Origin: Chlamydiae bacterium RIFCSPHIGHO2_12_FULL_49_11
Lineage (GTDB): Bacteria; Chlamydiota; Chlamydiia; Chlamydiales; 2-12-FULL-49-11
Direction: 5' to 3'
Length of the DNA: 29,493 bases
Assembly: GCA_001794905.1 (NCBI GenBank)
Contig: MGLW01000038.1
Location: 1-29,493 of the forward strand
Below the pieces are notes generated by a model. That model was given only the letters and a program-made list of their open reading frames with translations, did no database searches and was not told the DNA's origin. Shown here piece after piece: positions 8,839 to 19,269 of the stretch; the first letter of the stretch is position 1; each line of letters begins with the position of its first letter. A program made the translations under genes and the position numbers.

Positions 8839-11800
8839 ATGACCGGAAAGAAAAAATGGCAGTCGTTTTTGATCATCGGCGCTTTCGTCCTGACTCTATA
8901 TAATATATTCCCCACCCTTGTCTATTACTCGAAACCCTTGAAAAAATCGGTTTCTCAAGAAATGGCTTTAACGGTCGGAAAAGAGGCACTTTCCCGTGTG
9001 GATTCTCTTGAAAACGACGCGGTTTCCTGGCTGAAATCCTACTGCCGCCTTCTTCACGTCAAACCCTCTTCCATTCGCGTTGACAACGATTTTCCCGAAT
9101 ATATCGATCTTTCCTTCGCCTCCGAAGCGGATCAAAAAAGTTTTACCCGTTTTTTTCCCAAAGCGGGGCAGCTGATCCCTTTTTTCCCTGCCTCGCTCTC
9201 CCTTGCCCAGATCACGGAAGAAACCGAATCGGCAGGTGCATTCAAGACTGTCATTCAACGAAAAATTCCGGTTCGATTCTCCTCCGCTCCGGAACCGATG
9301 AGCTATATTCCTATTTATAGCAGCGGTACATTTTCCCCCGAATACAGCGCATTTTTGAAAGACCGTATCTTGAGCGTCGTGTCGTACCTATCCGGTCCCA
9401 CACCGGCCGCCCTGCAGGTGAAAATCGTCCTCCAAGAACCGGATATGCAAAGCCGCCTTCCTTACCTTGCCGAGATTTCCGACAGGATCAATGATTACCG
9501 GACCGTCTTTGCTTCTTTTCCCGATGTCCTGAAAGAATATTATAGCCGGTTTTTCAGTCTGATCGATAAAGATATCGAAAAAGCTTACAACCGGCTCGTT
9601 GCCCACTTTCAGGAAGCAAGCCGGCTCCTCAGCGAAGAACTCGGCAAAGAAACGTCGGAAACGGTACAGATAAACCGCGCCTTTATCACGAGTGAAAAAG
9701 AAAAATTTGATGCCGCCACCGCCACCCTAAAAAAATACAAATCCGCTTTCATAAAACCTTACTACCCTCAGCCGCAATCCCAGCAGCGCCTTTATGTGCA
9801 AGGAGCGAATCTCAGTTCCGGCAGCGTGAAAATCAGCCATCCTCTCTTTTCGTCCATTGGCATTGATATACGGGAAAATAACATCATTCTCCATGTCAAG
9901 CCCGTTTTGGAAAAAACGATGCGGGAATCGGCAAGCGCCGGCATCATGAGTGTGATTTTCGGAGAGCTAAACTCTTTGGATCGCGTCGCAGGCGAATCCT
10001 TCACCTATTCCCAGAACACGATTTCGACAAAACTATTGGAACTCCATAACCCGACGGGCCTCCTCCTTTTCGACCTCCGCGCAGTTGCCGGCCCCATGGC
10101 AGAGCATGTCAAAGAACTTGTACAAAAAAGATTCACTCCGAAATCGGGGAATTTGCGGGCCCAAAAAGAATCAGTTGTGTCCATGGCCGAATTTGACAAA
10201 CTTCCCGAACTTGAACGCGCCTTCTCCCTTATTGTATACGCCCCTCTCATGGAAAACGGCACCGTTCCGCTCGGATTCAAGAAAAATGCCGTTTATGTGA
10301 TTTTCAAAAATTTTGCCAAACTTGAATCGACCTTGCAGGCCACCCAAAATGCGACCGAGATGAACTTGATCCAATCTGATCTCGACGCGCTTGCATCATC
10401 GCTCCGTCAATACGGTTTCACACCATTCAAGGGCTCCCTTGCCCCCATCGATCCCGCTTTCGCAAGCGACCTCATTTTTGAATCGACCGACTATGCACTC
10501 CCCGTCTTGCAGGGAACACGGGAAAACTTCGTGCTGCACGCAGGGAAAGAGTACGCTTCCCTGGAACTTTCCGACGTGAAAGAACGTCTTTTTACGCTCA
10601 ATCGAATCGAATCGGCCATCCATGAAGATCTTCTCCGCTGGCGCGACGATTATCAGGCGGCCCAAATCAACCCCGATCCCCTTGTCAAATTTGACGTGCC
10701 GAAACCGACAAAGAACCCCTACCTCCAAAATTGGAGCCTGTCCTGGAAAAAAATCCTCCGCGGCGATGAGAAAAAAGTGCTTGCCTGGGGAATGGACCTT
10801 TCCGGGGGCAAAACGATCCAGATCGCGCTCAGGGATGCCGGCGGCAAGCGAGTGACGAATGATGCCGATATCAAACAGGCCATCAACGAACTTTTCCGTC
10901 GTGTGAACAAGATGGGCGTCTCCGACGTGAACATCCGACGCGAAGGCAATCTCATCACACTGGATTTTCCGGGTTCCCAAAACGTGTCGGCCCGCGATTT
11001 AGTCAAAGCCTCCTCAATGACTTTCCATATCGTCAACGAAAAATTTACCGCCGCTACTCCGGAAACGGGAAAAGAAACAAGCCGCTTTTTGCAAGACGTG
11101 TGGAACGAAGCCAAGGCTAAAAATACGACCGATACCGTTTCCCTCAATCAAATCGCCCGCTCTTATCTCTATGGAGAAAGTGTCGATCCCCTCGTGGCAA
11201 AACCAAAAACTGCCGCAGCAAAGGCCCTCGTAGACGCCGGCCTCCGCATTGCCGATCCTTTGAATCCCGAACGTACGACCGACGTAAATACCGAAATCTC
11301 CCAGATTGCCGTCATGAAAGGAACCGGTTTCACAGAATGGGGCGGACAGGCAAATCCGCTTATGATTGTGTTCAATAACATCGTCCTCGAAGGAAGCAGC
11401 CTCAGCGACGTACACGCAAGCTACGACCCGTCCAAAGGCAATTACCTGTCTTTCTCGGTCAAGAGCAGCTCTACCTCGCAGGGACAAAAAACACGGCCCC
11501 AAAATGAAATGGCGGCATGGACCTCCCTCTTTTCCAAAGAATCCCTCCGAGGTAACGATTTCAGTAAAGTCACGCTCGGCCGCGGCTGGCGTATGGCCGT
11601 TATTTTAAACGGGTACGTTATCAGCTCCCCCGTCCTTGAATCCCCTCTTCGGGACAGCGGTATGATTTCGGGCCACTTCACCCAACGGGAAATCCAGAAG
11701 CTCGTGAGCGATCTCAAAGCCGGCTCTCTCACCTTCACCCCAGAAATTTTAAGTGAAACAACGGTCAGCCCTGACCTCGGTTCTTACGAAAGGACTCAGG

Positions 11801-13275
11801 GCATGCTCTCCACCCTGATTGCCATCATTACCACCGTCGTCATCATGGTTGCCTGCTACCGTTTCATGGGCCTCATTGCATCTCTAGCCGTGCTCTTCAA
11901 CCTTATCATCATCTGGGCCGCACTCCAAAACATGGGGGCATCGCTCAGCTTGGCCGGCCTGGCCGGAGTGATCTTAACCGTCGGTATGGCAGTCGACGCC
12001 AACGTCCTTGTTTTTGAAAGGTTCAAGGAAGAATATGCCCATTCCCAAAACCTCCTCGGTTCTCTCAACGTGGCTTATCGCAAAGCATTTTCCGCCATCT
12101 TCGATTCCAACATCACCACCATCATCGCTGCCTTTATCCTGCTTCACTTTGATGCCGGTCCCGTGAAAGGGTTTGCCGTCACTCTGATTATCGGCATTGT
12201 TTCTTCCATGTTCACCGCCCTTTTTGTTACCAAAGTTTTCTTCCTCCGTTTTTACAAAAACCGGAAAGACGAAAAGGTGCACCTTCCCCGTGTCTTCAAA
12301 GTCACAAATGTCCCCTTCCTGAAAATTGCACGTCCTGCCGTACTCGTATTCCTTGTCCTCACCGGCATCGGCCTATTTTCTGCATACCGCGCTCCCCAGC
12401 AGCTATTGGGAATCGATTTTACGGGCGGATCGGCGCTCACGGTCACGGTGGCCAATCCGACCTCCGGCTTGAAGGAGACGGTGGAAAATGCTCTGCGTCA
12501 AACGGGGCTCCAACCGCAAGATTTCCAAGTCAAGACTTTGGGCCACAGTGGAAAAATAAAAATCCTTCTCAAAAGCCGCGCTGCCCCTGTTGAAATGGGA
12601 CATGACGGTGACGTACCGCAAATCGCGCTCATCAAGAAGGCCTTTGCATCAGCGCACCTTTCGATCGTGAGTGCCGAGACTCTGGAGAGCAATTTCACCT
12701 CCATTTCGGGCCAGATGTCCGACACGATGAAAATGAATGCCGTTTACGGATTAATCATTGCCCTCGTTGCCATTTTGATTTACATCACGATCCGTTTTGA
12801 ATGGGCCTTTGCCTTTGCAGCCACGATGGGGCTGGTGTTTGATGTCATATGCACCCTTTCTCTCGTCGCTTTGGGAAATGCGCTCGGCATGCCGCTACAA
12901 ATCGATCTCAATGCGATCGCCGCCATCCTTACCATTGTCGGCTATTCGCTCAATGATACGATCATTGTCTTTGACCGCATCCGAGAAGACATGAAGCACA
13001 AAGAAAAGCGCTCCGTCAAAGAAATCATCGACCTTGCGCTCAACGAAACCTTCAGCCGTACCATGCTCACGTCGCTAACAACCCTTGCCGTCCTCCTCGC
13101 TCTCGTCCTCTTCGGCGGCTACAGCGTCTTCAACTTCGCCTTTATCATGACCATCGGAGTAATCATCGGCACCCTCTCCACCTTCATGATCGCCTCCCTC
13201 ATCCTCTCCCTCATCTTCAAAAAACTTCCGGCGCACCAAAACGGAGACGGCAAAATCCACCAACTCTTTTCCTAG
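8839..13275 (+). CDS. secDF: Protein translocase SecD-SecF fusion with chlamydial N-terminal extension
   Basis: GMDLSGG and GMAVDANVLVFER (SecD); GIDFTGG and GYSLNDTIIVFDRIRE (SecF); GGAGG RBS supports ATG 8839. Confidence 0.95.
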   Translation: MTGKKKWQSFLIIGAFVLTLYNIFPTLVYYSKPLKKSVSQEMALTVGKEALSRVDSLENDAVSWLKSYCRLLHVKPSSIRVDNDFPEYIDLSFASEADQKSFTRFFPKAGQLIPFFPASLSLAQITEETESAGAFKTVIQRKIPVRFSSAPEPMSYIPIYSSGTFSPEYSAFLKDRILSVVSYLSGPTPAALQVKIVLQEPDMQSRLPYLAEISDRINDYRTVFASFPDVLKEYYSRFFSLIDKDIEKAYNRLVAHFQEASRLLSEELGKETSETVQINRAFITSEKEKFDAATATLKKYKSAFIKPYYPQPQSQQRLYVQGANLSSGSVKISHPLFSSIGIDIRENNIILHVKPVLEKTMRESASAGIMSVIFGELNSLDRVAGESFTYSQNTISTKLLELHNPTGLLLFDLRAVAGPMAEHVKELVQKRFTPKSGNLRAQKESVVSMAEFDKLPELERAFSLIVYAPLMENGTVPLGFKKNAVYVIFKNFAKLESTLQATQNATEMNLIQSDLDALASSLRQYGFTPFKGSLAPIDPAFASDLIFESTDYALPVLQGTRENFVLHAGKEYASLELSDVKERLFTLNRIESAIHEDLLRWRDDYQAAQINPDPLVKFDVPKPTKNPYLQNWSLSWKKILRGDEKKVLAWGMDLSGGKTIQIALRDAGGKRVTNDADIKQAINELFRRVNKMGVSDVNIRREGNLITLDFPGSQNVSARDLVKASSMTFHIVNEKFTAATPETGKETSRFLQDVWNEAKAKNTTDTVSLNQIARSYLYGESVDPLVAKPKTAAAKALVDAGLRIADPLNPERTTDVNTEISQIAVMKGTGFTEWGGQANPLMIVFNNIVLEGSSLSDVHASYDPSKGNYLSFSVKSSSTSQGQKTRPQNEMAAWTSLFSKESLRGNDFSKVTLGRGWRMAVILNGYVISSPVLESPLRDSGMISGHFTQREIQKLVSDLKAGSLTFTPEILSETTVSPDLGSYERTQGMLSTLIAIITTVVIMVACYRFMGLIASLAVLFNLIIIWAALQNMGASLSLAGLAGVILTVGMAVDANVLVFERFKEEYAHSQNLLGSLNVAYRKAFSAIFDSNITTIIAAFILLHFDAGPVKGFAVTLIIGIVSSMFTALFVTKVFFLRFYKNRKDEKVHLPRVFKVTNVPFLKIARPAVLVFLVLTGIGLFSAYRAPQQLLGIDFTGGSALTVTVANPTSGLKETVENALRQTGLQPQDFQVKTLGHSGKIKILLKSRAAPVEMGHDGDVPQIALIKKAFASAHLSIVSAETLESNFTSISGQMSDTMKMNAVYGLIIALVAILIYITIRFEWAFAFAATMGLVFDVICTLSLVALGNALGMPLQIDLNAIAAILTIVGYSLNDTIIVFDRIREDMKHKEKRSVKEIIDLALNETFSRTMLTSLTTLAVLLALVLFGGYSVFNFAFIMTIGVIIGTLSTFMIASLILSLIFKKLPAHQNGDGKIHQLFS

Positions 13276-13355
13276 TGGTCTTTCCCATACGCGAGTTTTT
13301 TACTATTAAAAAATGGAGTGAAGCCTTAAAATGAGGAGCGTAGGCGTGGAATTTG

Positions 13356-15095
13356 ATGAGCTTTTTGTCATCTGAGAAAAAATTAACGTGGGTGTACCCC
13401 ACAGAAGATGCCGAACTTGTCGAGCAGCTCACCAGGGAATTTTCCATTCACCCCGTAACCGCTCAAGTACTCATCTCCCGCGGCATTACCAAGAAAAAAC
13501 ATATTCTCTCTTTTTTGTACGCCAAATTGCCAAACTTGCACCCGCCTGATCTCATGTCCGATATCGATAAGGCTACCGAGCGCATCCACCATGCATTGCA
13601 GAATGATGAGCCGATACTCATATACGGCGATAACGATGTGGACGGTATGACAGGAACTGCCGTGCTGGTCGACTTTTTACGCACGCTCGGCGCTAAGGTG
13701 TACTTTTATGTTCCCAGCCGAAAGGCCAAAAAGGCCACCACGGTCCACGAAGCCATCGCCTTTGCCGCCGAAAAACATTGCTCCCTCATCATCACCGTTG
13801 ATTGCGGCATCACTGAAACATTCGAAAAATCGGACTCGGAAGCCTATAAAAATATCGATATCATCATCACCGACCACCACGAACCTACCGATAAACTGCA
13901 AACGGCCCTGGCCACCCTCAACCCAAAACTGTTCAATAGCAAATACCCCAACCGCGACCTGACAGGTGTCGGCGTCGCCTTTAAACTCGCCCACGCCGTC
14001 CTCAATTATCTCATCTCGGTCGGGGAAATCCAGTCGGACCTCGTCGACCTCAAACGCTACCTCGACCTCGTCGCACTCGGAACGATCGCCGACATGGTGC
14101 CACTGCGTGGAGAAAACCGCATCCTGGTGCGCTACGGACTCCAGCAGCTCAAAAAAACGCAGCGGATCGGCCTCCTCAAACTCATCCACGTATGCGATGT
14201 CAACCCCGAAGAAATCTCTACCCTCGACGTCGCCTCCAAGGTCGCCCCCAGACTCAATAGCCTCGGACGCATCGATGAACCGGTAAAAGGAGTTGAGCTG
14301 CTGCTCCTGCGCGATGTGCAAGAAGCCGAAAAATTGGCCAAAGAACTCGACGAAATGAATTTGCTCCGAAAAAAAATCGAACAGCGCGATTCGGCCGTCA
14401 TCGAAAAATATCTCAAAAAACACCCCGAAGTGTTGAATGAAAAAGCCCTCGTCTTCGAATCGGGTTCAATCCACCCGGGCATCGTTGCCATCCTGGCCGC
14501 CCGCCTTGTCAAAGAATTCAACCGCCCCTCGGTCGTCATCTCCAAGGAAGGGGGACTTGGAAAAGGCTCCATCCGCACCATACGCGAATTTCCCGTCCTC
14601 CAGCTCCTCAAAGACCGCCGCGATCTGTTCGTCAACTTCGGAGGGCATGACTTTGCCGCCGGATTCACCATCCGCGAAGAAAATATTGCCACTTTTCGTA
14701 GCTATTTTATCGAACAGGCAAATAATCTGCTTAGCGACAAAGATGTGCAGCCAAAACTGTATCTCGATGCCCGCGTCTCATTCCGGGACCTCACCTATGA
14801 GTTTCTCGAATCTCTAAATCTATTGGAGCCCTACGGAGCAGATAACCCGACCGTACTCCTCTATACGGTTGTCACACAGGTACGAGCGCCCAAGGTCATC
14901 TCGGGAAAACACCTGAAGCTCTTCCTCGAGGATGGGGATCGGTTTTTGGAAGGAATCGGGTTTAATATGGCAAAACAAAAAGAAACGCTCAATAAGCGGG
15001 ATATGAAACTCCACATCGCTTTTACGCCACAAGTAAATATTTATTTGAATAAATCGAGCATCCAACTGCAGATCAAAGATTTCCAGATAGCATAA
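13356..15095 (+). CDS. recJ: Single-stranded-DNA-specific exonuclease RecJ
   Basis: YGDNDVDG, ITVDCG, ITDHH, GTIADMVPL..ENR, PRLNSLGR, GGHDFAAG. Confidence 0.96.
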   Translation: MSFLSSEKKLTWVYPTEDAELVEQLTREFSIHPVTAQVLISRGITKKKHILSFLYAKLPNLHPPDLMSDIDKATERIHHALQNDEPILIYGDNDVDGMTGTAVLVDFLRTLGAKVYFYVPSRKAKKATTVHEAIAFAAEKHCSLIITVDCGITETFEKSDSEAYKNIDIIITDHHEPTDKLQTALATLNPKLFNSKYPNRDLTGVGVAFKLAHAVLNYLISVGEIQSDLVDLKRYLDLVALGTIADMVPLRGENRILVRYGLQQLKKTQRIGLLKLIHVCDVNPEEISTLDVASKVAPRLNSLGRIDEPVKGVELLLLRDVQEAEKLAKELDEMNLLRKKIEQRDSAVIEKYLKKHPEVLNEKALVFESGSIHPGIVAILAARLVKEFNRPSVVISKEGGLGKGSIRTIREFPVLQLLKDRRDLFVNFGGHDFAAGFTIREENIATFRSYFIEQANNLLSDKDVQPKLYLDARVSFRDLTYEFLESLNLLEPYGADNPTVLLYTVVTQVRAPKVISGKHLKLFLEDGDRFLEGIGFNMAKQKETLNKRDMKLHIAFTPQVNIYLNKSSIQLQIKDFQIA

Positions 15096-15120
15096 GGCTG
15101 CCCTTTAAGATAAAGCCTTA
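15093..15120. terminator. Possible hairpin between convergent recJ and euo
   Basis: TAAGGCT...AGCCTTA 7-bp inverted repeat with a 14-nt loop; no clear U-tract. Confidence 0.25.
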
Positions 15121-15125
15121 AACGA

Positions 15126-15584
15126 TTACATGGCTTCGAACGAAGAGATCAGCGGAGCTGATTTCTTGCTTAAGTAATTCTCTCTGTACCCGTTAACGTC
15201 GTTCTCATGGATCACCCATGCGGCACCTTTGCGTGTTGCTTTCATCAGACCGATCCGCGTAGCATAATACACTTTTTGTGCAGGAATGCCCAACATTTTT
15301 GCTACCTGATTCACAGAGAAATACCCTTTTTTGTTATCAAAAATGAGTTCACCGTTAAAGGTTGATTTTGTACGAGAATACTTATTTTGCGTATAGTCAT
15401 CAAGATCCTTGATATCTATAACCCACTTAGTATCTTGCTTATATGCGCGCAGCTTTTTTTGCTTTATCGCGACATAAATCGCCTGCCGTGTCACATTATT
15501 GAGGCGAGCTGCTTCCGTAATAGAAACAACCTCTTTACCATCAATGATCTGTGAGTTGGGCGATCTTTTTTCTTCTTGTCCCAT
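15126..15584 (-). CDS. euo: EUO, chlamydial developmental transcriptional repressor (two excisionase-like HTH domains)
   Basis: VSITEAARLNNVTRQAIYVAIKQKKLRA and YFSVNQVAKMLGIPAQKVYYATRIGLMKATRKGAAWVIH; adjacent to recJ as in Chlamydia. Confidence 0.93.
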   Translation of the reverse strand: MGQEEKRSPNSQIIDGKEVVSITEAARLNNVTRQAIYVAIKQKKLRAYKQDTKWVIDIKDLDDYTQNKYSRTKSTFNGELIFDNKKGYFSVNQVAKMLGIPAQKVYYATRIGLMKATRKGAAWVIHENDVNGYRENYLSKKSAPLISSFEAM

Positions 15585-15606
15585 CTTTTACTCCACTATT
15601 ATGTTT

Positions 15607-15636
15607 ATTATAAATATTTTAATATGGGCGAGTCAC
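15607..15636 (-). promoter_or_regulatory. Putative euo promoter in AT-rich intergenic region
   Basis: Minus strand GTGACT-N18-TATAAT, followed by GGAG RBS. Confidence 0.4.
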
Positions 15637-15830
15637 CTTTTGACCTTATTTCCCATTGTTTAGGATTCTATTTTGACAGAATCGAAGATTTATATCAATA
15701 AAAAATTATTAGCATTTATTATGTAATTTAAGCGAAATTCAATGAAGATTAACTTTGTCTTTATAATAGAACATCTAACGTAAAAACTTGGTGTGGCGGG
15801 AAAATCAAGGCTTTCGCTACGATCAGGCGT

Positions 15831-17744
15831 ATGAAGCCCATCTTTTGCGTTTTCCTTGCCGGTTGCCTCACAGCACAAAATTACCCTCCGATCTCAGCGG
15901 TGGACTGCTATTATAAGGGTAAGGAGGTAATGCAGTATCACGTTAAATACAAAGAGTTTAATGAGAAAATTGCCCGTCGGACCTTCGCTAATTTTGCCGA
16001 TCTTCTCGATCCCGGCAAACTCTATTTTACTCAAGAAGACCTAGAGCCCTACCTAAACCCCTCCCCTGAAACGGTAAAAGTGATTGTGACCCAGTATAAT
16101 AACAAAAATTATACCTCTTTTACCTTATTCTACGCCCAAATGCAGGGAGCCATCGAACGGCACCGCACTCTTTTGCAGGAAGTGGGCCTCATCGATCCGG
16201 CTGTGATTCTTGCACAGGGAAAGTGCGATCTCAAATCTTGGGCAAAAACCAAAGAGCAGCTCAAATGCCGTCTCTTGTACATCAAACGGTTGCAACTGGA
16301 GGCAAAAGAGCGGATCCGAGCCGAGCAGGGAGACATGTTTTTTCACCGGATACAAAAGCGGGAAACCGCCTTCGAAGAAGGATTTGTTTTCAATGACGCG
16401 AAAAAACAGGAGTACCATATCCACGTACTCATTCTCAAAAGCCTGACCTTGGCGCTCGATAACCACACCTGTTATTTTACCCCTGAAGAAGCCAAGCGCT
16501 TCCTGGTTGACGTCCAGCAGAGATTGTTCGGAATCGGAGCACTCCTTCGCGACGATCTGGATGGATTTACCGTCACCCAAATCATCGAGGGGGGACCCTC
16601 CGACCGATTGGATTCCATCCGCGTCGGCGACAAAATTCTTGCCGTCGATAACAAACCTGTTGTTGGGTTCGATCTGATCGACGTCGTCGACCTGATTCGG
16701 GGACCGAAAGGAAGTAAGGTGGTGCTTACTATCGTTCGCCATGAAAAACCGGAGCAGGAAGAAGTTCTGGATATCACCATCGTTCGCGACGAACTGGTCC
16801 TCAAGGAAACCAGACTTACCCATGATACGTACCCGTATGGCAACGGAGTGATTTTGCGCCTTGGCCTCCACTCTTTCTACCAGGACGAATCGACGAGCTC
16901 GACCCAAGACATTGTCAATATTGTAGAAAAAGTTTCCGGAAACAAGAAAATTTACGGAATCATTCTGGATTTGCGCTCCAACGGCGGCGGCGCGCTTACC
17001 CAAGCGATCGGCGTCACGAGCCTGTTCATCGGCAAAGGGGTCGTTACTTCCATCCAATCGGCAAAGAATACGGTAGAACATCTTCGTAACCTCAGCTGCA
17101 ACAAACCCTACGACTATCCCCTCATGATTTTGATCAACCGTGCCAGCGCGTCCGCTTCGGAAATAGTTGCTCTGTGCCTTGCCGACTACGGAAGAGCACT
17201 CATTGTCGGCGACGAATCTTCGTACGGCAAGGGAACTTACCAGTCTTTTTCCTTTGGCGGTTCCAATTTTCAAAAAGTCAACCCTCTCGGCGAATATAAA
17301 GTCACGGGAGGACTCTACTACACCGTCGCCGGTAAAAGTCCTCAACTTGTCGGTGTCAAAAGCGACGTCACCGTTCCCGGCATCTATAATTATTTTGAAA
17401 TCGGCGAAAAGTATACCAAATTTCCCCTCAAAAACGCCTCCATCCCTCCCAATTTCGACGACTCACTCCAAGATGTGCATCCCCTGTATCGGGCACGCAT
17501 GCGCAAAATCTTGCAGGAAGGGAGGCAGGAACCTTCTGCCTGGATTTCCACTCAAGCCCCTCTCCTTTCTAAAAACGTCCAAGCCCGCATTGCGGCCGAT
17601 TCAAATTATTGCGCCTTCTTGGCACAAATCAAAAATCCCGAAACGATGCATCCCGACCCCGAAGAGATCGGGGTGGAAGATGTCCAGCTGAATGAATCGC
17701 TCAACGTCATGAAAGAGTTTATCGTTTTGTGCGGGAAAAAATAA
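15831..17744 (+). CDS. tsp: Tail-specific (C-terminal processing) protease, S41 family, with PDZ domain
   Basis: LDNHTCYF, LFGIGA (PDZ), DLRSNGGG, SASASE (catalytic Ser), SYGKGTYQ (catalytic Lys). Confidence 0.93.
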   Translation: MKPIFCVFLAGCLTAQNYPPISAVDCYYKGKEVMQYHVKYKEFNEKIARRTFANFADLLDPGKLYFTQEDLEPYLNPSPETVKVIVTQYNNKNYTSFTLFYAQMQGAIERHRTLLQEVGLIDPAVILAQGKCDLKSWAKTKEQLKCRLLYIKRLQLEAKERIRAEQGDMFFHRIQKRETAFEEGFVFNDAKKQEYHIHVLILKSLTLALDNHTCYFTPEEAKRFLVDVQQRLFGIGALLRDDLDGFTVTQIIEGGPSDRLDSIRVGDKILAVDNKPVVGFDLIDVVDLIRGPKGSKVVLTIVRHEKPEQEEVLDITIVRDELVLKETRLTHDTYPYGNGVILRLGLHSFYQDESTSSTQDIVNIVEKVSGNKKIYGIILDLRSNGGGALTQAIGVTSLFIGKGVVTSIQSAKNTVEHLRNLSCNKPYDYPLMILINRASASASEIVALCLADYGRALIVGDESSYGKGTYQSFSFGGSNFQKVNPLGEYKVTGGLYYTVAGKSPQLVGVKSDVTVPGIYNYFEIGEKYTKFPLKNASIPPNFDDSLQDVHPLYRARMRKILQEGRQEPSAWISTQAPLLSKNVQARIAADSNYCAFLAQIKNPETMHPDPEEIGVEDVQLNESLNVMKEFIVLCGKK

Positions 17745-17769
17745 CAAGGCTCTGATACACTCTCGTGCC

Positions 17770-19269
17770 ATGAGAGTAAGAACTCGCATTGCCCCTTCGC
17801 CTACCGGTCATCCCCACGTCGGGACGCTTTATATGGCTCTGTTCAACTCTATTTTTGCCGCGCATTACGGCGGCGACTTTCTTCTCCGCATCGAAGATAC
17901 CGACCAGACCCGGTCCAGGCCTGAATTCGAAGAAAGCATTTATGAGTCGCTCCGGTGGATCGGCCTCACATGGCAGGAAGGTCCCGATGTCGGTGGTCCT
18001 TTCGGCCCGTACCGCCAATCGGAGCGCACTGACATTTATCGTAAACATTGTGCTGACCTCTTGAGAGCCGGCAAAGCATACAAGTGCTTCACAACCGCCG
18101 AAGAACTGGAAGAGATCCGCCTCGTATCACAGAAAACGGGACAAAAAATCGGCTATGATAGGCGGCACCGCAACCTCACCGAAGAAGAAATTAACGCTTT
18201 TGAATCCGCCGGTCGTCCTTTCGTGCTCCGCCTCAAAGTTCCTCTTTCGGGAGATGTAGAATTTACCGACCGCATCAAAGGGAAAATTTCAGTTCCGTGC
18301 AAAGATGTCGACGACCAGGTCCTTCTTAAATCGGATGCGTTCCCTACATACCATCTTGCCAATGTCGTCGATGACCACGAGATGCAAATCACCCATGTGA
18401 TCCGCGGCGACGAATGGATTTCCTCCACCCCGAAACACATCCTTCTCTATCAGGCCTTCGGATGGAAGCCGCCCGAATTCCTTCATATGCCCCTCCTTCT
18501 CGGTCCTGACGGGAAAAAACTGTCCAAACGCAAAAATCCTACCTCGGCCTTCTACTACAAGCAGTCGGGATTTCTCCCCGAAGCGTTCCGTAATTTTCTT
18601 ACACTGATGGGCTACAGCATGACGGGAGACCGGGAAATCTACTCTCTCGAGGAAATCATAGCAGAATTTGACCCAAAACGGATCGGCATTTCCGGCGCCG
18701 TGTTCGACATCAAAAAACTCGAATGGCTAAACCAGCAATACCTGATCCGCCTCATTCCCGAAGAGGAACTGTGGCCGCGCATCCGCGAGTGGGGATTCAA
18801 CGACACCTTCATGAAGCGCCTCATGCCGCTGGTACGTACCCGCATCCGCACCTTCGGCGACTTTTTTGAACTCTGTGATTTCTTTTTTACCAGCCACCTT
18901 CCCTGGACAAAAGAGCTGCTTCTCCCGAAAGACACGAGTGAAAAAATGGTCGTCTCCATCCTGCAGTGTATTTTATGGGGGCTGGAAGAAAACGAAAAAT
19001 GGGATCGCACTGCCATTGAAGAAGTTTCGCAGACGGTGGCAAAAGTATTCGACGTCAATCACAAAAAAATCGTAATTCCTATCCTTTTTGCCGTGTTCAT
19101 GGGCAAGCACCAAGGCCCTCCTCTCTACGACTCATTCGTACTACTCGGCGAACATATCACCCGTGCGAGGCTTTTGCAATCAATCCAGTTTTTGGGCGGC
19201 GTTTCGAACACTTTTCAGGCCGAGCTGAAAAAATCGTGGGATGCTCGCTTAGGGCTTCTTGTCAAATGA
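17770..19269 (+). CDS. gltX: Glutamate--tRNA ligase
   Basis: RIAPSPTG..HVGT, LRIEDTD, YHLANVVDDH, THVIRGDEW, KLSKR. Confidence 0.98.
   Translation: MRVRTRIAPSPTGHPHVGTLYMALFNSIFAAHYGGDFLLRIEDTDQTRSRPEFEESIYESLRWIGLTWQEGPDVGGPFGPYRQSERTDIYRKHCADLLRAGKAYKCFTTAEELEEIRLVSQKTGQKIGYDRRHRNLTEEEINAFESAGRPFVLRLKVPLSGDVEFTDRIKGKISVPCKDVDDQVLLKSDAFPTYHLANVVDDHEMQITHVIRGDEWISSTPKHILLYQAFGWKPPEFLHMPLLLGPDGKKLSKRKNPTSAFYYKQSGFLPEAFRNFLTLMGYSMTGDREIYSLEEIIAEFDPKRIGISGAVFDIKKLEWLNQQYLIRLIPEEELWPRIREWGFNDTFMKRLMPLVRTRIRTFGDFFELCDFFFTSHLPWTKELLLPKDTSEKMVVSILQCILWGLEENEKWDRTAIEEVSQTVAKVFDVNHKKIVIPILFAVFMGKHQGPPLYDSFVLLGEHITRARLLQSIQFLGGVSNTFQAELKKSWDARLGLLVK

Noticed and set aside
8839-10780. Long N-terminal extension of SecDF as a novel fusion
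   Set aside because: Extended ~1400-1500-aa SecDF proteins are the norm in Chlamydiae
15781-15830. Sigma28 promoter upstream of tsp
   Set aside because: A CGAT core is present, but no TAAA at the required 15-nt spacing
16125-17345. 406-aa antisense ORF inside tsp (and similar ORFs antisense to recJ and dnaB)
   Set aside because: No recognisable motifs; shadow ORFs are expected from the codon bias of the sense genes
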